Shown here: positions 1-12,584 of the stretch, piece after piece
Layout: each line of letters begins with the position of its first letter
Numbering within the stretch: the stretch's first letter is position 1
From: Xylographa opegraphella
Taxonomy: Eukaryota
Length of the DNA: 64,000 nucleotides
Direction: 5' to 3'
Assembly (NCBI GenBank): GCA_022813865.1
Contig: JALDZX010000007.1
Span: forward strand, 310,001 to 374,000
Translations under genes and position numbers: made by a program
Notes under the pieces: model-generated
Databases searched by the model: none
Told to the model about the DNA's origin: nothing
What the model saw: the letters and a program-made list of their open reading frames with translations, nothing else

Positions 1-297
1 GCTCATCGAGCATCCAGTATCCAGACAGTCGTTGACATTCTCGCTGAAAAAGAGCCAAAGCTTACTTCCGTCGTCGCATATCTCCATTCTCTGAATTACG
101 TAGCCGAGAAGAACACATCTCGCGCCACCATTAATGACCATAAATTCTCACTGAGTCCCCCTCCGACGTACTCAAGAGAAGCTAACAAAGCACCAAAGCG
201 AAACACAAATCGCCAAGCGGCGGAAGAAATGAAGCACGCAGCACGGATAAGAAAGGCTGGCGGCATCGACCGCATCGACCACATCGTCCATCCGTAG
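1..297 (+). CDS. possible 3' end of a gene running in from outside the window
   Basis: Frame 1 is open from base 1 to TAG at 295-297 (AHRASSIQTVVDILAEKEPK...IDHIVHP*); no recognisable motif. Confidence 0.25.
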   Translation, partial: AHRASSIQTVVDILAEKEPKLTSVVAYLHSLNYVAEKNTSRATINDHKFSLSPPPTYSREANKAPKRNTNRQAAEEMKHAARIRKAGGIDRIDHIVHP

Positions 298-529
298 CTT
301 GGACGATCCACAGAAAATCTGGTCCAGCGGGTCGATGGCACACTCCGTCGCTTGTACTCTTAGAGAGAAGCGAACAATCCGTCGCTTGTCCTCTAAGAAA
401 AAACCGATCGGAGTTGTATCGCACGTAACAGGTTCGAAGACCAACATTGACGTATCAAGGAAATATTGAGAATCTGAATCGAATGATCTGCAAGAAAAGA
501 GGGAAAAGCTCGCGTCACAAGAAACAATG

Positions 530-532
<3 letters not shown>

Positions 533-562
<30 letters not shown>
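533..562. repeat. (AT)15 microsatellite
   Basis: Perfect AT dinucleotide run. Confidence 0.95.
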
Positions 563-564
<2 letters not shown>

Positions 565-913
565 ATCGTAAGATATCAATAAATCACTGTAGTAAATGCA
601 AAAAAGACCATGAGAGAGAGACAGAGAAGTACAGAGATGAAAGGGGGCGAGAAGAAAACGAACAGCTTGAAGATTGTGGGCCGGCTGCTGCAATCGTTGT
701 GCTCTAGTACCGATTCATCGTAGGGGAAAAAATGCCGAGACCGACATAAGACCGACAAACACGATTCACAAGGACAATCAGTTTTGTGACCCACAACATA
801 GCACTTCGAGGGACCAGAATAGCTGTGATGTCATGCAGCATCATGCTATTGGTACAGTCACACGCTTGTGAACTTTTCGGGGGACCCCATGCCCCTTTAA
901 GCCGCTAACCCAG

Positions 914-2589
914 CTACTGCCCCTGTTCCATCTCCATACTCGTATCCTCGTCCTCCTTGCTCATCACAATGGATTGTTTCTCGCCATGAATCTTCGCATG
1001 GCTGCTCATCGCCTTGTTCAGGCCTTCTCTCTGGAGACACTCATCGTAGTGGAAGCTATGCGCCAAGGCATCCAACTCTTCCATACTCTTACCCTTGAAA
1101 AGTTCCGCGAATTCCGCAGCAAATGACTTGCTCAGGAAGGTTTGGAAGACTGCTCTTAAAACATGCCTCTCTGTCGCCCACGGTCCGGGGTAGGTGTCCT
1201 TGGCAGTTGGCGAAACCTTGTCAATCCATTGTACTAGCGGATTAAGCACTTCTTCAGCTTCTTTGCTTGGATATTTGCCCCAAGCATCAAGTTGAAGTCC
1301 ACGCTTCTTGTCTAGGAATGTCTGTATGAGTCGATTCCACGCGCTCTCTGGGTTGGTATATACCATACCCTGCCATGATGTCAGAACGTCTCAGAAACGG
1401 CGGAGACAAGAGCCTACCTGAACCCCTATATCTTTATAAAGCCATATGCTCCAGTGGATCTGGTACTTATCATATACAGACAGCTGCTGGGAGAGTAGGT
1501 TATAACGCTCAGTGTTGATAGTCTCAGCATCGGCATCGAGGCGAGGGTTCGCATATACTGGACCAAATTCTCCATTCCAGATGGGCGTCTTGTTCTTGGT
1601 CATGAACTCAGCCTTCCGCTTGAATTGGCGTTCAAGCTTCGTGCACTGCTCCTCAGTACCTTTGAAACGGTCACCTGTGGGGAACCCCATCATCGAGTAA
1701 TCATGCAAAGCATAGACGCAATTAGGTAAGATCTTATCGAAGAATTTCCACTCCATTGCAAATGTGTTTCCATCGAGCCAGAGAATATGGTCGGGGTCAA
1801 TCTTTCGGATAGCGGGTTCGATACGATCATAGAAGGCTGGGAGCCGCCAGTGTTCTGGATCGCAGGGCTCGTTGATAGGATTGTAGCCCGCAATCCAGGG
1901 ATTTCCCTTGTACCGCTTCGCAATTTGCTCCCACAGCCATATTGTTCGGTCCTGGTGGTCTTTGAAATCCCAAAATTGTGCTTGACTTGTTGCGTTATCA
2001 GAGTGCCAGTCCGGGTTTTGACCACCAGGGACTGTGTGCATGTCTAGGATCGTATATATCTTCTCGTTTGCGCACTGATTGGACGATGTCAGACCCAGTA
2101 CAAAAACGTCCATAACGGCTCATACCAGCTTGATAACCCTATCCAGATGTTTAAAGCCCTCCTCTTTAAGAACTCTTGGGTTCATATCATCCTCGAAATG
2201 CCGATAGTTGAAAGGGATCCTTATGCAATTAAGGCCGAGGCTGGCGAAGAACTTGGCATCCTTGTCCGTGAAGTAGTACTCCAACCACTTGTCGAAGAAG
2301 TACTCATACTTCTCTTGTCCTAAAACTTTGAGCATTGCAGCCCTGTGCTCGTGCTCATGTCCCGGATAGCCTGCTGATGTATGAGAACCAAGCAAGGCAT
2401 CAGTGAACGGTGGATGCTACCTGTTATGAAGTTCTCCATGCTGAGTGGCTTCGGTCAGCGCATCCACTGGCAGATTAAGGTCAATCCCTACTTCATCCAT
2501 CCTCCAATCCCAGCACCCCTGAGTACAACCGTGTTTCCCTTCTCGTCCACCACCCGCTCCCCATCGACTTTAAGGATTCCTGTTGCCAT
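914..2589 (-). CDS. glycoside hydrolase family 5 (intracellular, GH5_22-like beta-xylosidase/glucanase), multi-exon
   Basis: Spliced start MATGILKVDGERVVDEKGNTVVLRGAGIGGWMN|MENFITG|YPGHEHEHR; motifs GLNCIRIPFNY, ILDMHTVPGGQN, acid/base NEP (YNPINEP) and nucleophile WNGEFG; no signal peptide. Confidence 0.9.
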
Positions 2590-3183
2590 CTTGGTCTGGA
2601 TATTGTAAATGGCAATTGGAAAGGCGACTGCGAGGCTATTGCTCGAGGAAAGCACCCGTACATGACCTCCATACTAATAGTATTCTGGTTATCCACCACA
2701 GCAGCCCTGCCTACTTTGCTGTGGTGGGGTTCTTGGAGATTCGTGGGGTCGACACGATCAGAATGGATGGACACATTGTGATCCAATTTAGCCTAAATCG
2801 ACCATCTTGGCGATTGGCGTTTAAGGCAACGCATGGGCCACTGGGCGAGCGGGACCAGCCTGTTAGGGGCATCGTTAAGTGCCGGCCCCGCGAACAATCT
2901 GATGCTATGGAGTAGAGTGAGCCTAGATCTGACGTGACTCCTGATTCAGCATTATACTCGAAAGCACACTGCAAATAACAGAGGGATTCCCTCACGGAGA
3001 GCATGTGCAACTCGTAAATTATACTCCGAGTAACTCTATATACCCGAATGCCTTGTTCCTGACCGACATAACTATCTCTATCTACTCGTAGAATAGTATC
3101 GAATATATACAAAGTCCGCAGTCTTCCCATGAAGGTCTAGGATGCCCCAGTCGCTATGCACGGGAAAGCCCTACCAAGCAGTA

Positions 3184-4306
3184 TTACGACTTGCCAAGCT
3201 TGTCTAACGGATATAGATCCTTGGCTCTGAGTCGGTATGTCGAGCGAACATTGATCCGGCCAATTGTTCCCAGTCCTATCACCAAAAAGAAGAGAATGGC
3301 CCATGTTCCAGTGACGATCAGGCCGACGGGAAAGATGCCGAGGTTCACGCCAGGAAGACCAGACGGTACAGCTGGTGCTGTGGTTGATGCAGTTGCCGGT
3401 GATGCTGATGATGTTGGTATTGGTGAAGGCGAAGCCACTGCTGACTTCGTATTCGAGAAAACGCCTGTAATGAAAGAGGCTTGTGTGTTATCGAGCATTG
3501 CATCTAATGTCGTGCCATCTTGCGCTGTAGCACTAAGAGTGACGTCTGGCATAACGGCCATCATCATAGCAGTGCTGCACAGCGTCAGTCAGTAACCATT
3601 TCTCGAAAAGAGGCTTGGTGGTTAGAACTTACGCATTGGTGTACGCACCCATCCCGTCATCTACCAGCCCCGTAAATTTCATATCGGATAATAACACTGG
3701 CGAGTCCCGTCGCAGAATTTTTAACGACCTCCGTACTGGCGGCCACGAAACCATCTCATCCCTCTTCATTACAGGGTTATCCGAGGTCGAAACTGTTGCA
3801 CCCGGATATGTAAGACCGACGTTGATACTGCTCTTGTTGACGCTTGCCCACTCTCCAGTGGCCTGTGAAACTTGATAGAGCCCTAGAGTTGATTGGAACG
3901 ACCCAGTCGTATTATCGAACGAAAGAACATTATAGCATATAGCCATGCCGGATGGATTGGAAGATTGGCCATTCAGGGAGCCGAGGGCTTGGATGCACGC
4001 CGAATCGGTGCCGGTACTTGTGGGCATGGCATCGGTAGACGTGCTGTCGGTAGACGCGGCCACTACAGCGGAGGAACGGACAGATGCTGCTGCAGGTGGA
4101 TTGCCAGAAGTGTCTTGTCGGCGGTCAACGTATGCTGCATGGTTCAAGATGACATCGGCTTTCCTTCGAACCCGGTTATTATTGTAGGCGGCATGTCCAA
4201 AAACGGTGGCAACATCAGAAAGACTCCTCCGAGAGATCTTCGCTGACGTAGATAAGATGTTGGTGCTGAAGCAAAACACGGCGAGGGCAGCCGGCCAAAG
4301 ACGCAT
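3184..4306 (-). CDS. uncharacterised secreted, single-pass membrane protein (2 exons)
   Basis: Signal peptide MRLWPAALAVFCFS..., Ser/Thr-rich linkers, Cys-containing domain (NPSGMAICYNV), one intron of ~65 nt around 3600, C-terminal hydrophobic helix IFPVGLIVTGTWAILFFLVIGLG followed by a basic tail. Confidence 0.75.
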
Positions 4307-6850
4307 GTCGATATGGAAAGAAGCCACCAAGAAGCAATATAGCGAAGCAAAGCCAACCACGTTCTCGAGGCTGTTGTTGGCAAAACAACCGTGATGTGCA
4401 ACTGAGATTGACAGTGGTGATGTCCTCAGGTTGGCGGTAATATGCTAGAGCAACCGCTCAACGGCCAACACGGAAGGAAAGAAGAGCAGAGGCGATCCTG
4501 CCGCCTTGAGTATATGGGGCTTAGAAAAGAATGTTAGCATAGGAAGGCACGATGGCAGGACCTAGAGAACGAGAGACAGCTAGGTGTGCCACACGCTATA
4601 CGAAAGAGAAGGCCAGAGAGAAAGCCGTCATCAATATGGATTCTCACGAGAACAGCCCGAGGCAATGCATGAATCTGCCCAGGCATTGTGGGTCTCACCA
4701 TCTCTGGGCGCGAGGTGAGTGACGACTCCCTCCGGAACATGGTCGATCATCATGCATTGCACGACTGTACCGCTACACCAGGGGCTGATATCAAGGCTCA
4801 CAAACCGAAGATATTGATTGAGATTGAAGTTCAAATGCGTCCCATCGTACGGATGGTGCCTATCCATCGAAGGTTCTTCGCGGACAAGTATTGCCCAGAG
4901 GAACGAGCCGAGGCCGAATCACTCAAACGCAGAACAAGCAGTAGCAAAATCTCATGTTGACTCCCGTCGCTCACGATAATTTGCCTTACCCTCCGCTATG
5001 GAATTGCCATAACGACGGAGGATGGTGAGACTCGGTCGGTTTCAGCGACACGTCACGAAAGTGGAGGAAGGCTGACTTAGTCAGCCGGCGGGGCGAGTCG
5101 GAGGCCGGCCGCCGGAGCGCATTAACTTGAACGCAGTTTCCGCATGAACCAATTTTAGTTTAGATGTTCCACCATCACTTGATCTGATAAGTATCGCCGC
5201 CCTGTTCCATATTGAATTATGCAAGCTCGGGTGGGAACAAGAACTCTGGTGAGAGAGGCTTCGGCAGATGATGCCGGCCAAGATGTAGCTTTTCAATCGG
5301 ACTGGACGCAGTCATATGCTCGAGAGTTTTGCCTCTACAGCAATTAATTTTGTTTTGCGAACTCCCGTTGGCCAAGACAGCTTCTGATCTCTCCTTCTCA
5401 ATATTGCGTGGCATTTCCAGCACTGTTACCGTGACGTTCTGAGCATATACCTGCTATCATGCTTGGTGCTGTCAACTGTACGATCTGATACCTCTCTCGT
5501 ATACACCGCGTCGTCTTGACCCAGGTAGCTGGGTATCAGCCTCGCACCACGACACGCACGGTTTCATACCCGACAGGATATCCTGTTCTGGAAAGACTCT
5601 TTCGGATTACCGTGACTACTGCTCAGCTTTGTCGTGCGGTTTTGGCTTGTGATGGCCGCAGCACGCAAGTGGCCTGCTGCACTGCAACCCTTCGGATTCG
5701 CTGTATCTGCTTTGCCTGCTCTGAGGATTGAAGGCTTTTGTGCTTCCGCACGCTCTTCAAATACAAGAAAGGAGGAGGGTGCTACGGTAGGTTTTCAAAG
5801 CCCAAAAGAGGAGATCCTGCAATGACTCCTCATGCACTTCGCCGCTTTGCTCCCACGACGAGGTCCAGCTGCTTCATTTGGTGGCGTGGTTCATAGCATA
5901 ACGTCGACATTCCCAGTCAACACCCTCGACTATTTTCACTCTATCTGTACAGCAAATATATCAATGCATCTCAGTTCCGTATACCCAGGTCCGCATCCAA
6001 GTCTTCCATCCCGATCACGAAACCATGACCATGGTCACGATGCACGGACTCGACGCAGATAGTTTCACAGAAGAGCAGGACGCCCTCCGTTCCCCTCAAA
6101 GTGCTCAGATCCCGGACAGCGAAAGGGTGTGCGTTTGTTCAGCCAATCATAGTTATCCCTTCCAAGTCCTCCATATACGAACTGCTCTCACCGCCCACAC
6201 CCCTACTCCTAACCCTCCCCCCCAAATTGCGAGGGAAAAAACCCCTTACCGCCTACCACTCGGCAGCAAACCACGCAATCCAGTGTCAGGCCTCTCAAGC
6301 GACGTTATAGTTCCTAGTGAAATTGTCCTCCACGCTCCCCCCACACAAGCCCTACTCCCAATTCCCCGCCCCCTAATCACGACACCCAGCAAAATCCCTC
6401 CAAAAACCCTCCCGCCCAGCATCGTCCTCACGAGCCTCTATCGCGAACCATATCCACAATCCATCTCAACAAGACCACTCAAGCACTACCTCCCATCCAC
6501 ACAGTGCACCTCACCCTACGATCCCGAACACACATTACACGACACCCACCAATGACAGAACAACAAGACTGTAGAAAAGCTCGTGCGTAAGCTCTACATA
6601 AGCAGACATCTTTGAGCGACCCACGCGCACCATGCCCAGGGGAGCAAAGGCCCGTGCATCTCCAGATTTGGCCGTCTATGTCCCCCTTTACTACGATAAC
6701 ATGTTTGACAAACTGGCAGACAACGCTATGAACAGACATAGACCTCATCCCAATCATCACCCTACGCCCACGCCCAGCAATGAAAGCCCCGCTCACAAAA
6801 TGCTCAAAACCCACCCTCCCCTCCCCTTTCATCCTCCCCTCCCCATCCCC

Positions 6851-9076
6851 CTATCCCCCACCCCCCGCATACACGCCCTCAAACCCCCTCCTCACCCCCT
6901 CCAACAAGCCCCTCAACTCATCAACCTCCCTCCCCAAATCCAGCCAATTACCCTGCAAACTGCCCACCTCATCAAAGCGCCTCCCGCGCTTCGCCCCCTC
7001 GACCATCTCGCCGACCAAAAAGCGCTGCTCCTCGAGCACAATGAGCCGCTCGCGCAGAGCGCGCTCCTCCTCCTCCAGAGCCGAAACAGCACTACTACTA
7101 CTGGCGCGCGAGGCGGCGGGAGCAGCGGCGGCGGCGGCGGCAGGGGCTCTGATGGCAGCGAGCCGGCCCGGAGAGGGGAGCAAACCGTGCGGGGAAGCGT
7201 GCTTGAGGGCCTTGGGCAGCGTTTTGAGCGGCAGCATGTGCAGGTGCAGGAACGAGGACGCTTGCGCGTAGATGGCGGCTTGCAATTTGCGCTGCGTGGG
7301 CGAGGTGGTGGGCAGGTCGCGGATGCGGCGCGCCGCGGTGTCGTACTGCGTGAAGGAGTCCATGAGGCGCTTGCGGATCTTGGAGGCGTCGGCGAGTTGG
7401 GTGGGGGAGGGGGGGTGGTCCGGGTCTCTGTTGCGAGAGGGTTAGCTTGCAGGGTGGCGGGCGATATATGGGTTGGTGGGTTTGGGGGGGAGGTGAGTGC
7501 GTACTGGAGCGCGACGAGCAGTCGTTGGAACTTCGGCAGGAGGAGTCGGATGCCGCGCTCGAACTGGACGAGGTTCTCGTACGCGCGTACGTCCGGTGGC
7601 TTGTGCGCGAGGGAGGCGGCGAAGTCGGCGCTGCTGAAGATGGTGTGCTGGCAGTCCCGACAGATGCGGATGTCGATGCCGACATCAGCGGTGGACTTTT
7701 CGGTGCTGCCGTTGACGGCTGCGTTGGATTAATCAGAAGTGCGAGGATGCAAAGGGAAAGGGGCATATTACCGGCTGCGACGTTGAGAGGCACTTCTTTC
7801 GAACAGCCTGTGCGGGGGTCACCGCATACGACGCGCCCGCACAGGCGGCAGTGGTGGCGGCGGAAGGTGTAGTTTGAGAATTCTTGCTGGCAAAAGGGGC
7901 AATGGAGGACCTTGGCGTCTTCTTCCCAGGTGACGACCGACTGCTCGAGTTCCTTTCTTTGGTTCTTCATCGGGGACAGCGGCCATAGTAGACTGCTTGC
8001 CGAGTTGTTCTGTTCGGGCGGCTTTGTAAGCAGCTGCGTCAGCCGCGTCAGACGTTTCTCGAGGCGCGAGACTTCTAGAAAGGTCTTGTCGACGACTCTC
8101 CGCCGAATTTCGATGAAGTCTTTTGTGTCATCTCGCTCCAGTCCTGATCGAAAATTAGCCCTAATCTAAAACTTCAAAGCTCCATTATCCTGACCGTTGT
8201 GGTCGTTGTAGCCCTCGCGTGACTTGTAACAGGTCTCACAGACCCTACACCACAAGCCCCTGACCGGTTCGTGCTGCGCGGATCGAGACAGCTTCATCTG
8301 GTACATAGTGTGATCCTCACAGAACAGCTTCCCACATTTCCGACAATTCACCTTGCCATTTGTTGAGTTAAGACGTTTGCCGCAGAGAGGCTCAGAACAG
8401 ACGTCGTTCGATGCGGGCTTCTGCCAATGGGCCCTGGTCACCACCTCGTCTGGATCTACCCGTGGTTGTTCTGGTGATTTAGCAGGCGCGGGCGAGGTGA
8501 CGGCCGGTAGTCCTGGGGGAGGGGGAGAGTCGTTCGATTCGAAGACATCGAGGCCTTTCAGTTTCTGATTGAGGACGGCGAGGGGCTGGAACTTCTTCGC
8601 CTTGACCATCTGGGTTTTGAACCAGTCCTTGACCTCATCCTGCCTAACTTCTTCGAGGTTCTTGTGGTCGTCGTCGAGATGTCTGGCTGGCAATCAATAT
8701 CGCTCTCGTAGCTGCCATGTGCTCCGTACAGACCTATTCAGTTGCAGAAGTGTCATCTTGAATTTATCAGCAGATGTCAAACCAAAGCCGTACGCGGTCT
8801 CACCATTTCCTCGTTACATATCGGGCACACGAGCCTTGACGTCGAAGCAGCCCCGAGAGCGGCGCCAGCGCCGTCATGCTGATCAAGGGAAATCCTCGAC
8901 GACAGATCCTGAGGTTCTGTCGAGGTATGCGACGTCGACGCAGATGAGTTCAAGGACACCGAGCTCGTGGACGGGGACAGCAAGCTCGAATTCCTGTTCG
9001 GTTGCAGCGTCACCGCCGGCGACAGCGATCTTCCACTTCCCAGCACTCTTCCGCCGCCTATCTTTCTGCCCGACAT
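6851..9076 (-). CDS. PEP7: vacuolar segregation protein Pep7/Vac1 (Rabenosyn-like, C2H2 + two FYVE domains)
   Basis: C2H2 finger CPICNEEM..RHLDDDH split over short exons; FYVE-like NCRKCGKLFC..RVCETC; second FYVE WEED..CPFC..RRHHCRLCGRVVC; C-terminal coiled coil. Confidence 0.9.
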
Positions 9077-9245
9077 GTTGACAGACCACGGAGGGTCTGC
9101 AGCGAAGACGGAAGTTCAACGCCGTTATGCCGCTTTGGAAGCCGCCGCCCAACATTCATAAAAAGGTCTTATGCAAATTGTGTAGCTTATCGATAACGAC
9201 GGTAATTCAATTTCATTTCGCCTCTGTAGCCGTGAACAATTCAAA

Positions 9246-10107
9246 ATGACACAAGATTTCCCCGAGGTGGAAGGTGGAGGCTCCCTGATTCTCGCCTGGC
9301 AGATACGGAATAAGAGGGTTCTTGTCGTCGGTGGAGGCGAAGTCAGTCTTGACGACTCCACATACCTTACCGACAGACTGACTGAACCCCAGGTCGCCGC
9401 AGGCCGCATCCTCAACGTCCTCAACGCAGACGCCAAAGTAACCGTCGTCTCCCCGCGCTCGGGCCTCAACGATGAAGTTGCCTACCGCGTCGCTCAGGGC
9501 CAAGTGGAGTACATCGACCGAAAGTTCGAGCCCTCGGACCTCGATGGCGCGGACATGGTCATGACCGCCGTGGACGACCCCGAAGCTTCGTCGCAGATAT
9601 GGAAGCTATGCAAGGAGCGCAGGATAGCCGCCAACATAGCCGACGTGCCGCCCGAGTGTGATTTCTACTTCGGGAGTGTGCACCGCGATGGGCCGCTGCA
9701 GATCATGGTGAGCACGAACGGCAATGGCCCGAAGCTGGCGAGTATCGTGAGGAAGCAGATTGCGGCCAACCTGCCGAAGAACATTGGGGCTGCGATACAG
9801 AAGGTGGGGATGTTGAGGCGGAAGCTGAGGAAGGTGGCGCCGGATATTTCTGAGGGGCCGAAGAGGATGCAGTGGTGAGTGTGCTGGAAGGAAAAGGGGG
9901 CATGCTGGAGCTAATATCTTCGCCTCGAACAGGATGATTAAGGTCTGCGAGAAATGGAGCCTCGAAGACCTGGTAGCGATGAACGAGGAAGACATGGATG
10001 GGATTCTTGCATACTACAAGCCTAACACCGTCCCCACGTTTGCGGAAGTCCATGACGATCCGATGCTTGAGGAGTATGCATTTGATGGTAGTTTTGGATG
10101 GTGGTGA
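9246..10107 (+). CDS. MET8: siroheme synthase Met8 (precorrin-2 dehydrogenase/ferrochelatase)
   Basis: GGSLILAWQ..VLVVGGGEVA, NIADVP..CDFYFG, LQIMVSTNGNGP, RMQW|MIKVCEKWSLEDL; introns 9342-9392 and ~9875-9931; stop TGA 10105-10107. Confidence 0.92.
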
Positions 10108-10333
10108 CAAATGTGAGTCACTTGGTAATAGCGATGTACATATGATACGAGCATATAATTGAGAATGTAGTAATAATGTACGAGTCTATGTCCAACGAAT
10201 TTCATCCTATGGTATCGATCGCAGGGCCGTCAAATGCTCCACTCCATTCCACAAATCGTCAGGATCGACCTCGCCTAACGAAAGCCAGCAACGCAATGCT
10301 CCGCAGACAAACACACCGCACCCATTCCCAAGA

Positions 10334-11126
10334 TCAATAAGTCAACGTCACTGCCTTCCCACTCCACTTACCCCCCCCCTCAGCAATCACATCCTCATAA
10401 ATCCACCGTCCCACATTCTGCCTGCTGACCGTATACCCCAGCGTCGGCTCCTCCTCCGTCCCGACCCTCAGCTTCGCGCCCTCCTTCCAATCGACCAAGA
10501 GACTCGGCCTCACAATCGTATACCCGCTGATCAAGGCCCGCCCGTCCCGCGTCCCGCTGGCAGCTTTCCGAACCGCGTCTTCCATCAAGCGTTTGTCCTC
10601 GTGCGGAGACGCAAGCGCGACGCGGTAGATGGGGACGAAAGCCAGCGGCACGTCCCGCCGTCCGTGCGAGATCCCGGTCGTGGAGATGACGGCGAGGAAA
10701 GGTGGGGTGGGCGATTGCAGCGAGGCGACGGCCTCTAGGATGTTGGGCACGCCGTCGCGGCAGATGGTCCAGTCGACTTTGGCTTTCAGGGACGGGGTCG
10801 AGCCGAGGCCGGACACGATGATGTCGACGATACGGCTGTTCAGCACGAGGGCAGGCTTGATGGTGGGCATGTCTCTGATGTCCCCTTTGACGATTTGCAA
10901 GTGCGAGTCGATGAGTTCTTGTGATACGCCTTTGGCAAGGAGCATTGTGGTGAGGTTTGCTGGCGTGCGTACGACTGGGAGAGCGTTAGTTCAAGGTCAA
11001 GCTGTCTGCGGTTGTGTAAAGAGACAACGTACACGCTGAGCAGTGATATCCGTTCTTGAGCGCGAGCGCCAACGCCGCATTGGCACATCCTCCTGTCGCG
11101 CCGAAAAAGGCCACAGTTGGCTTCAT
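10334..11126 (-). CDS. NAD(P)-binding Rossmann protein (flavin reductase/BVR-B-like)
   Basis: Spliced start MKPTVAFFGATGGCA..., IVKGD, VISTTG, DKRLME, YTIVRPSLL, YTVSRQNVG. Confidence 0.85.
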
Positions 11127-11639
11127 TGTAATTCTAGGAAGCAGGAATATAGAAAGTAGAAAATGTCGTTCGACGTCAGACGGGTCTCGACAGCTGGTAT
11201 CCTAATCACAGAAGCACACGAAGACCAATCTCAAATAGAAAAGGTGGTGGACAAGAAACTTCTTCAATACACTCTTTAATCTCGTATGAACCTCGAACTG
11301 CTAATAGCTGCGAACCTGTCTGAGCACACATCGAGCAGCGACACGCGGTCTATATATACACTGCCCACCAGGCCCCAACACCATCCACCGCACCCATCAC
11401 TAGCAGAACCGATCCGACCTACTATCGCGACTCGGAATTCACAAAGCAAAGTAGATACGGAGGAGCGGCGAAACCGGTGAACAAAGTTACCCCGGGGGTG
11501 TGGCTAGTGGATTCGAAGTAGGCCTCGCACGGGCCACTCGGGGTAACCCATGAGCCGACCGGAGGGTCTCCCATCAGGCCGAGTGTGAATCTCACCCATC
11601 GGGGCAATTAATGCGAACAAAGGCAACTAATAACTGCTT

Positions 11640-11935
11640 TTTACATGTCTAGAGAGAGCAGCATACCGTGCATAGCCAGCAGGTATTTACACCCGTATTC
11701 CACTACTCCTCGCCATAGCTACACAGTACTTCTGAGAATCCAGCGTGAACCCTCGCTCGCACGCCTCGGATATGCTGATACTAATCCGCTCTTGGCTAAG
11801 CCCGTGCTTGCTGGGAGCTTTTAGTGCGCCCGCATCGGAAGAAACGGAGGCGAAAACTGCCCGCCCGCACAACGAATATGCTCCCGCGCCCTCAGCAACC
11901 TTCAAACAACGCTTCCCTCTACTACCACCACCATT
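11640..11935 (-). repeat. left arm of diverged inverted repeat flanking the GNAT gene
   Basis: Reverse complement aligns colinearly with 12585-12900 (e.g. 11881-11894 matches 12629-12642 exactly over 14 bp); boundaries approximate. Confidence 0.8.
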
Positions 11936-11942
11936 CAGCACA

Positions 11943-12569
11943 ATGGCAGACCCCACGCCCACCTCCACCTCCACGCCCTCCCCCTCCTCCTCCTCGCCCA
12001 CAATCCGCTACGCCACCGAAGCCGGTCCGCCCCCCCCCCTCCATCCCCCATCTCCTCCCCACAGCTAACCCCTCCCTTCCCCCCCTCCAGACGTCCCCAC
12101 AATCCACCAACTCATCCGCCTCCTCGCCGCCTACGAAAAAGCCCTCCCCTCCGTCCTCGCCACGCCCGCCACCCTCCTCGCCACGCTCTCCTTCCCCTCG
12201 CGCCCACACGACGGCTACGCGCGCACACTACTCATCTTCCCGCCCTCCACGCCCCACACCTGCGCCGGCATGGCCCTCTTCTACCCCACCTACTCGACCT
12301 GGCGCGCCGCGCCCGGCATCCACCTTGAGGACCTGTTCGTGCGCGAGGAGTACCGGGGCCGGGGGTATGGCACGCTTTTGCTGCGGGAGCTGGCGAGGGA
12401 GGTGGGTCGGATGGGGGGCCGGAGGTTGGAGTGGAGTGTGCTGAGGTGGAATGAGCCCAGTTTGAGGTTTTATGAGGGGCTTGGGGCGGAGAGGTTGGAG
12501 GAGTGGGTGGGGATGAGGGTGGAGGGGGAGGGGTTGGTGAGGTTGGCGGAGGGGAGGGGGGAGGAGTGA
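11943..12569 (+). CDS. GNAT N-acetyltransferase (diamine/thialysine acetyltransferase, ats1/SSAT-like)
   Basis: TIRYATEA|DVPTIHQLIRLLAAYEK, ALFYPTYSTW, IHLEDLFVREEYRGRGYG (acetyl-CoA motif), RLEWSVLRWNEPSLRFY; one intron ~12025-12090. Confidence 0.9.
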
Positions 12570-12584
12570 TTGCGGTTTGTGGGG

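Noticed and set aside
5070..5086. Near-perfect palindrome ggctgact-t-agtcagcc
   Set aside because: Single 8-bp arm pair is expected by chance in 64 kb.
6025..6555. 176-aa Pro-rich ORF
   Set aside because: Low-complexity C-rich DNA with no domain or convincing gene structure.
11480..11615. Resemblance to RNase MRP/P P4 motifs (aaagttacccc...cggggc)
   Set aside because: Consensus match is poor and the ccccg pairs locally instead; kept only as an unassigned hairpin.
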